A model generated the notes under the pieces. It was not told the DNA's origin, searched no databases, and was given only the letters and a program-made list of their open reading frames with translations. Below are positions 49,058-60,106 of a DNA stretch of 64,000 nt, piece by piece. The stretch is taken from positions 3,445,504-3,509,503 of the forward strand of contig CAVZWW010000003.1 of NCBI GenBank assembly GCA_963779225.1. Direction: 5' to 3'. The number at the start of each line of letters is the position of its first letter. The stretch's first letter is position 1. Source of the stretch: an uncultured Bacteroidota bacterium (GTDB taxonomy: Bacteria > Bacteroidota > Ignavibacteria > UBA10030 > UBA6906). Position numbers and translations under genes: made by a program.

Positions 49058-50773
49058 TTACCAGATGTATTCCACTCCAAACTCCGCCGTGCGCGGGATA
49101 CCCGCATAACCTTCCCACCACGTGCGGTCTGCATCGAAAATATTGCCAAGTGAAAACGAGAGACGAAGCGATGGCACCACAATGTACTCTGCGCGGAGGC
49201 CGATGTCAAGATAGGTGGGCAACGCGCGCGTGTTTTCCGGGTCGACATAACGGGATCCGACAAGCCTGAGGCTCGGTATCAGGCGCAACCCGAACGGGAA
49301 CCGGTGAACGGATTGAAAATCCAATTCCAGATCAGGCTTGTATGGCACCGAACGTTCCGTCGCGGTGTCCCTCATGCGCCGGATAACAAGCGATACATTA
49401 AGCATATCCTGATCGGAAATATCAAGGGAAAGATTCCCTTCAATGGCGAAAACCGACACCCTGTCCGCATACGAAGGAGTCCAGAATCCCGTGCTGTCTT
49501 TGTTAACAAAGATCGGCATGTCTTTGATCCGGTCATACCGTAACAGGGCTCCGAGGCGGAGGCCCGGATCCGGGCGGTAGTCCATTCCGGCAACAAGGTG
49601 GGTTGTCGTCCGGCGGTTCCGCAGATGCGGCGCATTCACCAGATACGGATTTTCCTCCAGAATACCCCACAACGAAGCACGCTGAACCGAGGGGTCGAAG
49701 CGGAGATAGGTGGTCACTCCCAACGCCGGACGCCAGAACAGTCCGAAGTGTACATCGACCCACCCTTTGGAGCCGCGGTCCGTGCCCCGTTCCGAACCTG
49801 CAGTCAGCCCTCCTTCAATATCGACGACTTCTGTTACCGCGGTACGTACCTTCGCCCCCGCAGTGATCAGATAGGGGCTGTTGACCGGCATGGCCGCGGT
49901 GTAGGCCGAAGACCAGAATGAAGCATTACCCAGAATCGCCAGCCTGCCCGCATCCGCATGTACGCCGAAATCGAACCCCAGCTGTGTCTCCTGGCTTTTG
50001 ACCGGATCTTCAAACGATGTACCACGCATGTGCAAACCCGGTGTGATGCGGACCGCACCAATCCGGATACTGCGAACTTCCGCATCCCCCGCAATGCTCG
50101 TCACCATCCGCCACTGCTCGGGCCGGTTTGAACCGTATGCCCGGTATCCGCTTCCGTCCATCGAGAAGCTCCCCGCCACCCTCGTTCCTGCCAGCTCCAC
50201 TCCACCTGAAAGTGTATTGCGCCCACGTTGATAGTCGGCGTTTGGCGCATGTCCCCCTCCCGATCGGAAGCCGGCGGAGAGCATCACGTCTGCAGTACTG
50301 AACCCCTGACCGATCCATCCATCAAAAGAGGGCGTACGAAACGAACCATACCCGGCCCTGAGGCCGGCGGAAAACGGAGCGGTTTGAGAGTCATATATAG
50401 GGTTCTTCGGATCACCGGCCAGAACCGAACGATCGCGCCTTCCAAGCCCTGCGGAACGTGCACCGGCATTTTCGCCGTCTCCGACAAAAGACGGGCGTTG
50501 GGCCTGGTTCAACCGGCGGCTGTCTTCGCCTGTAATAGTGTATTCGGGGACATCAAACTTTGGATAACGTACGTGCGGGTCTGTGCCTGTCGTGTCCTCG
50601 CCGGGAGCATTCGCGGGCCGAAGAACCGAATCGGGGAGCAATGGGAGAGGTGTCCCGCGGGCCGGCTCAGGCTTTGGCTCGGGTTTAGTTTGAGCCTGCA
50701 CATGCCCGGCCCATCCGGCAATGCACAGGACCAGCACAATCACCATAGCCCGGGATGTGTTTCCCTGGTTCAT
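49058..50773 (-). CDS. Outer-membrane beta-barrel protein (TonB-dependent receptor-like)
   Basis: Signal peptide, amphipathic strands and a C-terminal GNIFD...FGVEYIW barrel signature. Confidence 0.75.
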   Translation of the reverse strand: MNQGNTSRAMVIVLVLCIAGWAGHVQAQTKPEPKPEPARGTPLPLLPDSVLRPANAPGEDTTGTDPHVRYPKFDVPEYTITGEDSRRLNQAQRPSFVGDGENAGARSAGLGRRDRSVLAGDPKNPIYDSQTAPFSAGLRAGYGSFRTPSFDGWIGQGFSTADVMLSAGFRSGGGHAPNADYQRGRNTLSGGVELAGTRVAGSFSMDGSGYRAYGSNRPEQWRMVTSIAGDAEVRSIRIGAVRITPGLHMRGTSFEDPVKSQETQLGFDFGVHADAGRLAILGNASFWSSAYTAAMPVNSPYLITAGAKVRTAVTEVVDIEGGLTAGSERGTDRGSKGWVDVHFGLFWRPALGVTTYLRFDPSVQRASLWGILEENPYLVNAPHLRNRRTTTHLVAGMDYRPDPGLRLGALLRYDRIKDMPIFVNKDSTGFWTPSYADRVSVFAIEGNLSLDISDQDMLNVSLVIRRMRDTATERSVPYKPDLELDFQSVHRFPFGLRLIPSLRLVGSRYVDPENTRALPTYLDIGLRAEYIVVPSLRLSFSLGNIFDADRTWWEGYAGIPRTAEFGVEYIW

Positions 50774-53763
50774 TGAAGTTCCGTCAGTTTACGGGCAGCT
50801 TCCCGCCCGACAACATCATCAGCGTGCTGCCTGGCAACGGTTTCATACGATTCGCGGGCTTTCGCCGTGTCTTTGAGCGCGAGGTAACAATCCCCCATTT
50901 TCAGCGTCGAACGTCCGATCCAATCTGACGATGCGGGATACACATATTTAACGCGTGCAAATGCGGCGATAGCGTCTTTGAATCGATCCTGACGCACGAG
51001 CGTTTCGCCTGCACCGTACTGTGATTCGGCGCCAATGTCGTCTGTGCGGCGGCGGGCGACATCAGTATAGAGCGCTGTGGCGCGGTCGTATTCCCGTCCG
51101 GCGAGGTAGATATCGGCAGATTCCAGCCGTGCAAGGTCACCGAACTTTGACTGTTTCTCCGTCGCAGCCACTCCCGCCAGATGCTTGAGTGCGCCTTTTT
51201 CGTCGCCTGCCCTCCGCATCATACGCCCCTGCTCCAGAGCAGCCTGCCGGCCTTCATCCGTTGCCGGATGTTCCCGCGCTGCTTGTTGCAGCAGCGTGAT
51301 GGCCTCAGTGTAGTTCTTTTGTTCTCCGTTCAGGAGTCCGAGCTCAAGCAGAGCACCGGCTGTAGCTTCACTCGCGGGATACTTCGCCAGCAACGAACGT
51401 AACGTGCTTTCCGCTTCAGGCAACCGCCCCAGCGCACGGGCGCTCTTTGCCGTGTACAGTTGCGCCTCCGGGAGCAGAGCGCTCGCCGGGTATGACGTCG
51501 AGAATTTCCTGAAACCGTTCAGGGCATCGGCAAATGATCCCTGTTCAAAAAGAGCCTCGGCCTGGGAGAATGTGATCCGTTCCGCGGAAGGAGTCGAGGC
51601 GTTTTCCTTCAGAAACAGTGCGACAACCGCCTCACCTTCGGCCGGTTTTCCCGTCTGTTCATATGCATCGCGCAAACCGCGAATGGCATCAGGGACCGAA
51701 GGACTCGATGCATGGTTCGTCAACACTTCGCGATAGACCTTGATCGCCTCGGGGTATTCGCCAAGATTATAGTGGGCATCGCCTGCGCTGCACAGTACCC
51801 GGGGCAGAAGGTCGCTCTCCGGAAACGCCGTTCGCAATTCCCCGAACTCTTTCAGTGCTTTCCGGTAGTCACGCTGCTGGAAGGAAACCCAGCCGATGGC
51901 ATAGCGCGCGTCATCTCGGTAATCGGATTTCGGGTAGAGCCGGGCAAGCCCCCGGAGTTCTTCAACGCCTGCAGCCGTTTCACCACCGCGTATCAGTGCC
52001 TGACCGAGCTGATACTGCGCATAGTCCGCTCCTTCCCTTCCGGCGAATTTCTTCAGGACATCACGGTACGTTGCCGCGGCTTTCTTAAAATCTTTCAGGA
52101 CATACTGGCAATCCCCCTGCCTCACGCGCGCATCCATCACGAAGGCGCTGGCAGGATACTGCGTCGCCACTTTCGTGAACAGCGTAAGCGCACCGGCTGC
52201 ATCACCCAGCTTGTAACGCGCCCAGGCTTTCCCGTATAGCGCATCGGCGACACGAGGACCGGAGAGCTTGCCGATTGCCATGGTATACGCGGAATCCGCT
52301 TCCTTCAGCTTTTCCTGATGATACCGGGATTCGCCGAGCCAGAACCAGGCATCTCCGGAGCGATCGTCGCCCGGATGTTTGGCCAGAAATGCTTCGAGCG
52401 TCGAGGCTGCCCCGATGTATTCTCCTGTACGGGCAAGCGTAAGTCCTTCCTGATACATGGCGTCGGCTGCCACTTCTTCTGTCACGCCCCTGGCTTCCTG
52501 CGCTTCACGGTACGATGCGAGAGCCTCTGCGGTCTTCCCCTGTGCACGCTGCACTTCGCCCAGCACGAACAGGGCGCGCGGCCGAACGGAACTTTCAGGG
52601 TAACGCCCAATCACTTCCAGAAGGATTGTCGCCGCACTGTCGAGCCGTCCGTCTTCCAGGCGCATCACACCCAGTTCCACGAGGGCGTCCGGGACGAAGG
52701 GATGATCCGGGTTGCCGGCCACCTTGCGGAATTGGCTTTCCGCTTCGCGCCGTTTCTGGGCGAGTTTGAGGGCGAGGCCTGCACGGAACTGGGCCGTCCG
52801 GGCAACTTCGTCACTTCCGGCGGCAAGGGCCAGGAATTCCGTAGCGGCAATATCGTTCTTCCCCTGGTGGAGATGCACCCACGCACGGGAATACATGACA
52901 TCGCGGGAGAGGCGATGGAGTGGATATGCCGTCAGAAACGTATCATACCAGGCAAGTGCCGCCGGATAGTCTTCGCGGCGGTAGGCCACTTCTGCAAGAA
53001 GGTATGTCGCTTCGGCGCGATCATTGGAATCAGACAGTACGGGTCGGGCGGCAGTCAGCACCACCGATGCGCGCGTCAGGTCCCCGCTCTGCACATGGGT
53101 CTCGCCGATGCGCACGCGTGCCGATGCCGCAAGCGGACTGTTGGGATGGAGCTTCATCAGCTGTGAATAAGCATCGATGGCTTCCGCGGACTTTTTTCGC
53201 TGTTGTAGAAGCCAGCCGGTGGAGTACCAGGCGTAATCGGCGAGTTTTCCCTGTGGGAATTCGTTCCGGGATTTTGTGTAGTACACAAGCGCACTGTCGA
53301 TCTGATCCAGCTTGTAGTAGGATTCACCGATCCAGTAGTCTGCTTCGCCCGCCAGTTCACTCCGGCGGCGGGAAGACACCTCTCTGAATCTCTTGATCGC
53401 GTCCGTGTACCGGCCTTCTGCATACTGAATCTCCGCCGTACGGAAAAGCGCGTCATCCACGAGAATGCTTCCGGGGTATTCGCGCCGGAATTGTTCGTAT
53501 CGCTGGATGGCCTCACCGTTTCGTCCAGAGAGTTTCAGGCATTCGGCTATGAGGTATGCGGCGTCCTGGCAGCGTGGACTGGAGGGGTGACGGTCGAGAA
53601 AACGGAGGAACTCTTCACTGGCGAGCTGATACTGGCCATCTTTGTACAGTCCATAGGCGACGGTATAGTCTTGCGCCTCGTAGGAAGGAGTCATTGGCTG
53701 ACCGGCCGCCTGCGCCAGAAAAAGCAGAAACAACAAAGAAATGCGTAGGGTGTGTCCTACCAT
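50770..53763 (-). CDS. Large exported tetratricopeptide-repeat protein (~1000 aa)
   Basis: Signal peptide followed by many TPR units with YP.S/A..A motifs. Confidence 0.92.
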   Translation of the reverse strand: MVGHTLRISLLFLLFLAQAAGQPMTPSYEAQDYTVAYGLYKDGQYQLASEEFLRFLDRHPSSPRCQDAAYLIAECLKLSGRNGEAIQRYEQFRREYPGSILVDDALFRTAEIQYAEGRYTDAIKRFREVSSRRRSELAGEADYWIGESYYKLDQIDSALVYYTKSRNEFPQGKLADYAWYSTGWLLQQRKKSAEAIDAYSQLMKLHPNSPLAASARVRIGETHVQSGDLTRASVVLTAARPVLSDSNDRAEATYLLAEVAYRREDYPAALAWYDTFLTAYPLHRLSRDVMYSRAWVHLHQGKNDIAATEFLALAAGSDEVARTAQFRAGLALKLAQKRREAESQFRKVAGNPDHPFVPDALVELGVMRLEDGRLDSAATILLEVIGRYPESSVRPRALFVLGEVQRAQGKTAEALASYREAQEARGVTEEVAADAMYQEGLTLARTGEYIGAASTLEAFLAKHPGDDRSGDAWFWLGESRYHQEKLKEADSAYTMAIGKLSGPRVADALYGKAWARYKLGDAAGALTLFTKVATQYPASAFVMDARVRQGDCQYVLKDFKKAAATYRDVLKKFAGREGADYAQYQLGQALIRGGETAAGVEELRGLARLYPKSDYRDDARYAIGWVSFQQRDYRKALKEFGELRTAFPESDLLPRVLCSAGDAHYNLGEYPEAIKVYREVLTNHASSPSVPDAIRGLRDAYEQTGKPAEGEAVVALFLKENASTPSAERITFSQAEALFEQGSFADALNGFRKFSTSYPASALLPEAQLYTAKSARALGRLPEAESTLRSLLAKYPASEATAGALLELGLLNGEQKNYTEAITLLQQAAREHPATDEGRQAALEQGRMMRRAGDEKGALKHLAGVAATEKQSKFGDLARLESADIYLAGREYDRATALYTDVARRRTDDIGAESQYGAGETLVRQDRFKDAIAAFARVKYVYPASSDWIGRSTLKMGDCYLALKDTAKARESYETVARQHADDVVGREAARKLTELQ

Positions 53764-53799
53764 ATAAAGTATTGCGTTAATGACTCCTCGTATGCTGTT

Positions 53800-53828
53800 A
53801 ATTTACCATTTGAAGAGCGAGAAGTCAA
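53800..53828 (-). promoter_or_regulatory. Sigma70-type promoter of the TPR-tonB operon
   Basis: Minus strand TTGACT-N17-TAAATT, about 35 nt upstream of the TPR start. Confidence 0.6.
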
Positions 53829-54433
53829 GTGGAGAACGTCTGAATCGGCTCACAATAGGGCAACCAGGGGACCGTCGGGGAAGGCAATGACTGCGAATTA
53901 GGGCCCGACGGAGGGAGCGAATAACGGCTCGAATTGAGACCCCCGAAGGCAGGGTTTCGGCGGTCTGCGGGACGCGGGATCTGGCTCCGTCGCCCGAGTC
54001 TTCGAAAGGCCTCTTCGGCACTCTCGAGGGAGCCACATGTGCCACAGAGCCTCTCAAGAGCCTACTTCTTTATGAAGAGAAATTGCATGAGGCAACGAAA
54101 GAATGCCTGGGAAAAGAGCCAAAACAAGGAACGATTCAGCCCTCGCAGAGAGCTCATAGGAGCATCGACGGAGGGGGCTGGGGGAAGGTGTGGTGTGGGG
54201 ATTTCACAAATACCGGCTCAAACCCCGCCAGAAGCCCCTCCAGAGCCTAATATGGGCCTCAGGAGAGACCCGCCGGGGAGAAAACCACCTTTCCCCTCCG
54301 GGTAGGTACAGGAAGCGGCCCTCCGGGGCGTACAGGAAGCGGCCCCCGACTGAGCGCAAGCCGGTGCCCTCATCGTTGGAGCGACCGGCCTGCAGCTCAA
54401 TTCAGCAGCTCATCTGTTGAAACTCATCCTCCC

Positions 54434-55810
54434 TTACACCTCCAGGGCCACATCTGTACCAGGCTGGAGCGCCGGACGTGAAGAAGGGGGGGCTTTGGGG
54501 AGTACCGTTTCGCCGAAGCGGTCCCCCGACGTTGCGAATTCCGGATACGCATACATTCCGTGCTCTCCAATGTCGAGCCCTTCATGTTCCTCCGCTTCAG
54601 ACACACGCACACCTATCGTGATCTTGAGGATATTCCAGACGATGAGTGAGACGACAAACACGAATGCGCCGACAGCCGCGACGCCGATTACCTGTGAGAG
54701 CAGGAGCGACGATCCCCCTCCGAAGAACAGCCCATCCCCCGTCGTATTAGGCATGAACCGCCCCTCGGCGAACAGTCCGACAGCGATCGTACCGAAGACA
54801 CCGTTGACCAGGTGGACCGAGAGAGCGCCGACAGGGTCGTCGATTTTTATACGATCGAACCCGATTACCGCAAACACGACGATCGCACCGGCTACCGTAC
54901 CGATAATGAGTGAGCTGCCCACGCTGACGTAGGCGCAGCCTGCGGTGATGGCGACGAGACCTGCAAGGCACCCGTTAATCGTCATGCTCAAGTCAGGCTT
55001 GCCCAGGAGGAGCCACGCCACAATAGTTGAACTCAGCAGACCGGCAGCTGCGGCGCTGTTGGTCGTGACGCAGATTCTGGCGATCGCTTCGGGGTCGGCT
55101 GCCATAGTGCTCCCCGGATTGAATCCGAACCATCCGAGCCAGAGCACAAAAACGCCGATCGTCGCCAGGGGCATGCTGTGACCGGGGATGGGATGGACCC
55201 TGCCGTCACGGAACTTCCCGATTCTCGGGCCGAGTACGAGCACACCGGATAGTGCCGCCCATCCTCCGACAGAGTGAACGACGGTTGATCCCGCAAAGTC
55301 CCAGAAGCCGAGCCCGGCCAGCCAGCCGCCGCCCCAGATCCAGTGACCGGACAATGGATAGATAAGCGCGACCAGCACGAATGAAAAGACAATGAACGAC
55401 AGATATTTAATCCGCTCGGCAACGGCGCCGGAAACGATGGTGGCTGCGGTCCCCGCAAACACGAGCTGGAAGAAGAACTTTGCCAGAAGCGGGACGGTCG
55501 CCCAGCTGAGTGCGCTGTACACCCCCTGATATGCGTCTCCTGTAGCGGGACTGTTGTCGGCCCCGGAGATCCCGAAGAGTCCCTGCAGCCCCAGAAATCC
55601 GTTTCCATTCCCGTACATGAGTCCCCATCCAATTACCCAGAATGCCAGGGACGATATCGCAAAGACGATGAAATTCTTTGAGAGAATATTCACCGTATTC
55701 TTCATGCGCGCAAAGCCCGCCTCGACCATGGAGAATCCCAGATTCATGAAGAAGACAAGCATTGCGGTAATGAGCACCCAGAGTGTATCGAAAAGTACTT
55801 TGTTGTCCAT
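54434..55810 (-). CDS. amt: Ammonium transporter
   Basis: GFSMVEAG, FFQLVFA, IVSGAVAER, DFAGSTVVH, WFGFNPGS and DDPVGALSVH. Confidence 0.96.
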   Translation of the reverse strand: MDNKVLFDTLWVLITAMLVFFMNLGFSMVEAGFARMKNTVNILSKNFIVFAISSLAFWVIGWGLMYGNGNGFLGLQGLFGISGADNSPATGDAYQGVYSALSWATVPLLAKFFFQLVFAGTAATIVSGAVAERIKYLSFIVFSFVLVALIYPLSGHWIWGGGWLAGLGFWDFAGSTVVHSVGGWAALSGVLVLGPRIGKFRDGRVHPIPGHSMPLATIGVFVLWLGWFGFNPGSTMAADPEAIARICVTTNSAAAAGLLSSTIVAWLLLGKPDLSMTINGCLAGLVAITAGCAYVSVGSSLIIGTVAGAIVVFAVIGFDRIKIDDPVGALSVHLVNGVFGTIAVGLFAEGRFMPNTTGDGLFFGGGSSLLLSQVIGVAAVGAFVFVVSLIVWNILKITIGVRVSEAEEHEGLDIGEHGMYAYPEFATSGDRFGETVLPKAPPSSRPALQPGTDVALEV

Positions 55811-55856
55811 AACCCCTTTACTCCCTGCTATTGTGATTTATAATGCGAGTCCTTGG

Positions 55857-56942
55857 TCAGAAAGCGATCACTGCTGCAAGCGCGAACGTGTCCTGATGCC
55901 GGAGGACATCCAAGCCTATCCCGTCATCGAAGACCGGCGCTGTGGACCAGTCATGCCGGAACTCCGCCCGCAGCAACAGATGGGTGAACAGCATATGCTC
56001 AACTGTCGCCGTGACTTCACCCAGACGTTGAGCCATGCCGGTGGAGAACCCGTCCGGGTCGTCGTAGATTTCCGAACGAAGGGCCATTGCCGTTTCATCG
56101 TTGAACCCGTACCGCGCATACAGTGCAATCCCCTTCCAGGAGGCACTGCCGGCCGGGAGGTCTTCCGTGCCGTAGTCTCCGTTGACAGCAAGGGCAATAC
56201 TCTCCGTCGGCCGGAACTGTAACGTGAGATCAAAGACATTTCGTGCACCCGCGCCGGCTGAATCCGCCTGTTCCTTGCCTCCGATCCATCCGGCTACCAC
56301 GGTGAGTCGATCCGTGGGGTTGGCCAGCAGGCTTGCACCGAGAGTCTTCGAACTGTTGTTGTCCTGTATGTTGTTCCATCCGTTGTTCAGATAGGCTGTG
56401 ACAGTGAGGTTGGGGAGAACGGAATAACCGGCTCGAAGTCCGACATGATAGTAAGGGACTGCCAGGGCGAAGAGAAACGATCGGCTGTAGTTCCAGTTAT
56501 CCCTCGACTCGATGACTTCATAGCCCATGTGTGTGACGAATTTCCCCACGTCGACAGTCAGACCTGAACCCAGTGGCAGAACGGCGGTGAGATATGCCTG
56601 CTGGAGATTGTTGAGAGTGCTTTGCGTTCCTCCCTGCACCAGATCGTTCACCGATCCGAAATCCGCGTCGATGCGGAACCCGACTGGGGCGGCAGTCTTC
56701 TGGAACACGATCTCCGCAAGTGCCAGATCGAACTGGTTTTCACTGACGTCGAAATTCCGGAACTTGTTGACCTGGCTGATCGGCTTTGCGAAGTTTTTGC
56801 TGAAATAGACATCCACAAATCCCGTCATCTTCACCGCTTGCGTTTCCTCATCTTCCTGAGCAAATCCGCTCAGGGGCAGCCCGATCAGAAATCCGACCAA
56901 CGGCATGAGCGCACACCTTTCTATCCTCTCCACACTGATCAT
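55857..56942 (-). CDS. Outer-membrane beta-barrel porin (BBP2/DUF1597-like)
   Basis: GFVDVY, NLQQAY, DVGKFVTHMGYE, NYSRSFLF, PYYHVG, NGWN and RAEFRHD; GGAGG RBS before ATG 56942. Confidence 0.82.
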   Translation of the reverse strand: MISVERIERCALMPLVGFLIGLPLSGFAQEDEETQAVKMTGFVDVYFSKNFAKPISQVNKFRNFDVSENQFDLALAEIVFQKTAAPVGFRIDADFGSVNDLVQGGTQSTLNNLQQAYLTAVLPLGSGLTVDVGKFVTHMGYEVIESRDNWNYSRSFLFALAVPYYHVGLRAGYSVLPNLTVTAYLNNGWNNIQDNNSSKTLGASLLANPTDRLTVVAGWIGGKEQADSAGAGARNVFDLTLQFRPTESIALAVNGDYGTEDLPAGSASWKGIALYARYGFNDETAMALRSEIYDDPDGFSTGMAQRLGEVTATVEHMLFTHLLLRAEFRHDWSTAPVFDDGIGLDVLRHQDTFALAAVIAF

Positions 56943-56990
56943 GAAACCCTCCAAAAGGTTTACGAATTCTGCTTCGTAGTTGACGGTGTG

Positions 56991-57422
<432 letters not shown>

Positions 57423-57481
57423 TTAGGTTCGGGCGTCATGTTAGATTACTTTCTAAGGTCCATAGATGTTTTGGCCTAACT

Positions 57482-57510
57482 AATGTAGCGTCCGGAGGAC
57501 CTCTTGTCAA
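57482..57510 (-). promoter_or_regulatory. Sigma70-type promoter of the glnB-porin-amt operon
   Basis: Minus strand TTGACA-N17-TACATT. Confidence 0.7.
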
Positions 57511-57692
57511 GCAAAATCTTTTCGCACACCAATTTCTGGCGAAAGAGGGCGATTTTGACCTTGTTTTTGGGGCGAATGGGGATGAGAGCAGAAGAGGAAG
57601 AAGTAAGGGAAAGCTACATTACTGCGGAGACAAGGACCTTCTGAGCATCCAGATCTTCAACTGGAGTGTAATTCCGGGTTCATACCAGGCAC

Positions 57693-58745
57693 TTATTCAG
57701 CGACGTATTCAGTCGCCCTTGCAGACTGCGGATCCTGCATGATCTGCACAAGCATCCCGAACAACACATCCCGGTCTTCTGCCAGGGTGGTACTTTTCGT
57801 TTGCAGGTCGGCCTCTGCCAGGAGGCAGAAAGCATGTTCGACACGTTCGGAGGAGTAGCGGCGGGCGGCGTCCATGTAGGATTGCAGCACCCTCGGGCTG
57901 AACCGCATCTTCGACATCAGCTCACCACGGTTAGGAGGGCCGGACGCACGGAGGTAGTGATGCAGTTTCCAGATATTGGCAAAGTAGATCGTCAGCATGG
58001 ACATCAAGAGAACGACCGGATAGCGGTCCCTGAGCATGTGTTCCATGATCTTCAGGGCTCGGGGCAGATTCCCCTGCCCTATCGCATTCTGCAATTCGAA
58101 GATGGTGAACTCGCGGGAAAATCCCACCAGGTCGGCGACATGCTGCGCGGTTACCTGATTGCCTTTCCCCACAAAGGTCAGGAGTTTTTCGATTTCGTTG
58201 TCGATTTCACGAAGAGAGGATCCGACGTAGGCGGCAAGAAGGTCTGCTCCTTCCTCGTCAATCGTTCCTCCGCGGGCGTGAACGCGGTCACCAATCCACC
58301 CTGGCAGCAGCTCCTCACCAATCGGGGCGAAGTCAAATGCTGCTCCCCGGCCATGGAGTCCTGCGAACGGCTTTTTGCGCAGATCGGCCTTGCGGGCGAT
58401 CAGTATGAGGACGGTAGACTCGGAGGGGCGATCGACGTATGATTGAAGCAGTTCCAGGTCGCGCGCTGACAGGCGTTCCACATTACGGGCAACCACCGCA
58501 CGTCTGTCGCCCATCATCGGCATCGAAGACGCGCGGGCCACGATGTCCCGCGCGTCCACGTCTGCACAATCCACCACTTCCAGATTGAAATCCCGATGTT
58601 CGGCCGGCACGGCGGCATCCAGGATTTCCCCGGAACCTTTCTCCAGCAAAAAATCTTCCTCGCCCTGCAGCAGATAGACCGGAAGAAGCTGCTTCTTCCC
58701 GAGCGAAGCGTGGAGTTCTTTGTACGACGGGCCGGCCTTGGCCAT
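57693..58745 (-). CDS. holA: DNA polymerase III subunit delta
   Basis: VYLLQGEEDF, DFNLEVVD, SMPMMGDRR, NEIEKL and FTIFELQNAI; TAATG overlap with the cyclophilin gene. Confidence 0.9.
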   Translation of the reverse strand: MAKAGPSYKELHASLGKKQLLPVYLLQGEEDFLLEKGSGEILDAAVPAEHRDFNLEVVDCADVDARDIVARASSMPMMGDRRAVVARNVERLSARDLELLQSYVDRPSESTVLILIARKADLRKKPFAGLHGRGAAFDFAPIGEELLPGWIGDRVHARGGTIDEEGADLLAAYVGSSLREIDNEIEKLLTFVGKGNQVTAQHVADLVGFSREFTIFELQNAIGQGNLPRALKIMEHMLRDRYPVVLLMSMLTIYFANIWKLHHYLRASGPPNRGELMSKMRFSPRVLQSYMDAARRYSSERVEHAFCLLAEADLQTKSTTLAEDRDVLFGMLVQIMQDPQSARATEYVAE

Positions 58746-59392
58746 TACTTCTTCTCGGGTGCCTTTTCGGTTGCGGCGCCTTCCCACGGCTCACGGCGGA
58801 TCGTGACTTTCTTCATCACGACATCCACCTTGGGTTTTCCGTCGGTTGCGCCCATCTGCGGATCGATTTCCACTTCGCCGATCTTGTCCACGACATCGAT
58901 GCCTTTGATGACCTTGCCGAAAATCGTGTAGTTCTTCGGCATGCGCATGTTGTCGCGCAGCATGATGAAGAACTGGCTGGTATTCGTGTTCGGTCCGCGG
59001 TTGGCCATGGCCAGCACGCCCTTCAGGTAGCCCGCCTTATAGGAAGGGGCGGCCGAATTCAGTTCGTCTTCAAATTCCTTGCCGTAGATGCTCTTGCCGC
59101 CCGTACCGGTTCCGGTCGGGTCGCCTCCCTGAATCACAAACCCCTTGGACACCCGATGAAAGATGATGCCGTTGAAATACTTCTTTTCCGCAAGTTTGAC
59201 GAAGTTGTCGACCGTCTTCGGCGCATCATCGCGGTACAATTCGGCTTCGATCGTGCCAAGCGATGTTTCGATCACAGCGATCTCTAACTGCTTTGCAGGC
59301 GCTTTCTCTTTTTGCGCTTCCGCTTCCCCACCGGCCATAACCATTCCCAGTGCCATCATTGCCACCATTGTTGTTAAGGATGATTTGTACAT
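58745..59392 (-). CDS. Exported cyclophilin-type peptidyl-prolyl isomerase
   Basis: APKTVDNF, FHRVSKGFVIQGGDP, LAMANRGPNTNTSQFFI and YTIFGKV. Confidence 0.95.
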   Translation of the reverse strand: MYKSSLTTMVAMMALGMVMAGGEAEAQKEKAPAKQLEIAVIETSLGTIEAELYRDDAPKTVDNFVKLAEKKYFNGIIFHRVSKGFVIQGGDPTGTGTGGKSIYGKEFEDELNSAAPSYKAGYLKGVLAMANRGPNTNTSQFFIMLRDNMRMPKNYTIFGKVIKGIDVVDKIGEVEIDPQMGATDGKPKVDVVMKKVTIRREPWEGAATEKAPEKK

Positions 59393-59425
59393 GCCACTCC
59401 TCCGTTGATTAATAGTTGAAAACAT

Positions 59426-60106
59426 TTACAGCAAAAAAGTCATACCGATGCGCACACCGGCGCTGAAGGACTCCATCGTCACGGGCGCGCCCTCGGCGTT
59501 CACCCCGGGTGATTTTCCGGCGGCATTCCTCACATCGCCTATGAACTCCCACCGCAGATTTCCGGCAAGATGCACGAATACGCGTTCCCCGAGGGCGGAA
59601 TTCCCGGTCAGCGCAACCACGATTCCCGGACCGGACCCCGTATACGGCTCGTCGATCGTACCGTACTTTATCGCCAGCGTCCCGAAGTGGTATCCGATTC
59701 CCGCACCCACACCGAGGTCATAGAATGGTTCATTGACGAACAGATAGTGCGCGAGCAGCGTGGGCATGTGCACGGTCATCGTGAAATCGCCCGGCCCGTA
59801 GCCCGACTCGATGTTGTACGAATTCAGCATGTACGCATATTCGGCGGTAACAGTCCACTCGTCAGACAGCCGCATGCGAAAGGAACCAAAGAAATCCGCC
59901 CCCGCGTGAAACTGATCGACCCGCTGCGCGGGTTTGAATGCACCGTTGATCATATCCACAACATCGCCGGGGCTGATGTAGTTCACACCCATCCCGGCTG
60001 AAATCGCAAAACGCGGCGCCTCGGACGGCGTTTCCTGGGCCAGGACGGCGGAAGAGAACACCGGCAGAACGGTCATCAAACCCGAAACGAGAACGCGTCC
60101 GATCAC
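59426..60106 (-). CDS. Hypothetical exported protein, probable small outer-membrane beta-barrel
   Basis: Signal peptide, alternating hydrophobic strands and a terminal GVRIGMTFLL. Confidence 0.65.
   Translation of the reverse strand: MIGRVLVSGLMTVLPVFSSAVLAQETPSEAPRFAISAGMGVNYISPGDVVDMINGAFKPAQRVDQFHAGADFFGSFRMRLSDEWTVTAEYAYMLNSYNIESGYGPGDFTMTVHMPTLLAHYLFVNEPFYDLGVGAGIGYHFGTLAIKYGTIDEPYTGSGPGIVVALTGNSALGERVFVHLAGNLRWEFIGDVRNAAGKSPGVNAEGAPVTMESFSAGVRIGMTFLL

Noticed and set aside
54295-54345. SRP RNA (GGAAGCGGCC-like motif)
   Set aside because: Lacks the CAGG-GNRA-AGCA helix-8 context and is explained as a tandem duplication.
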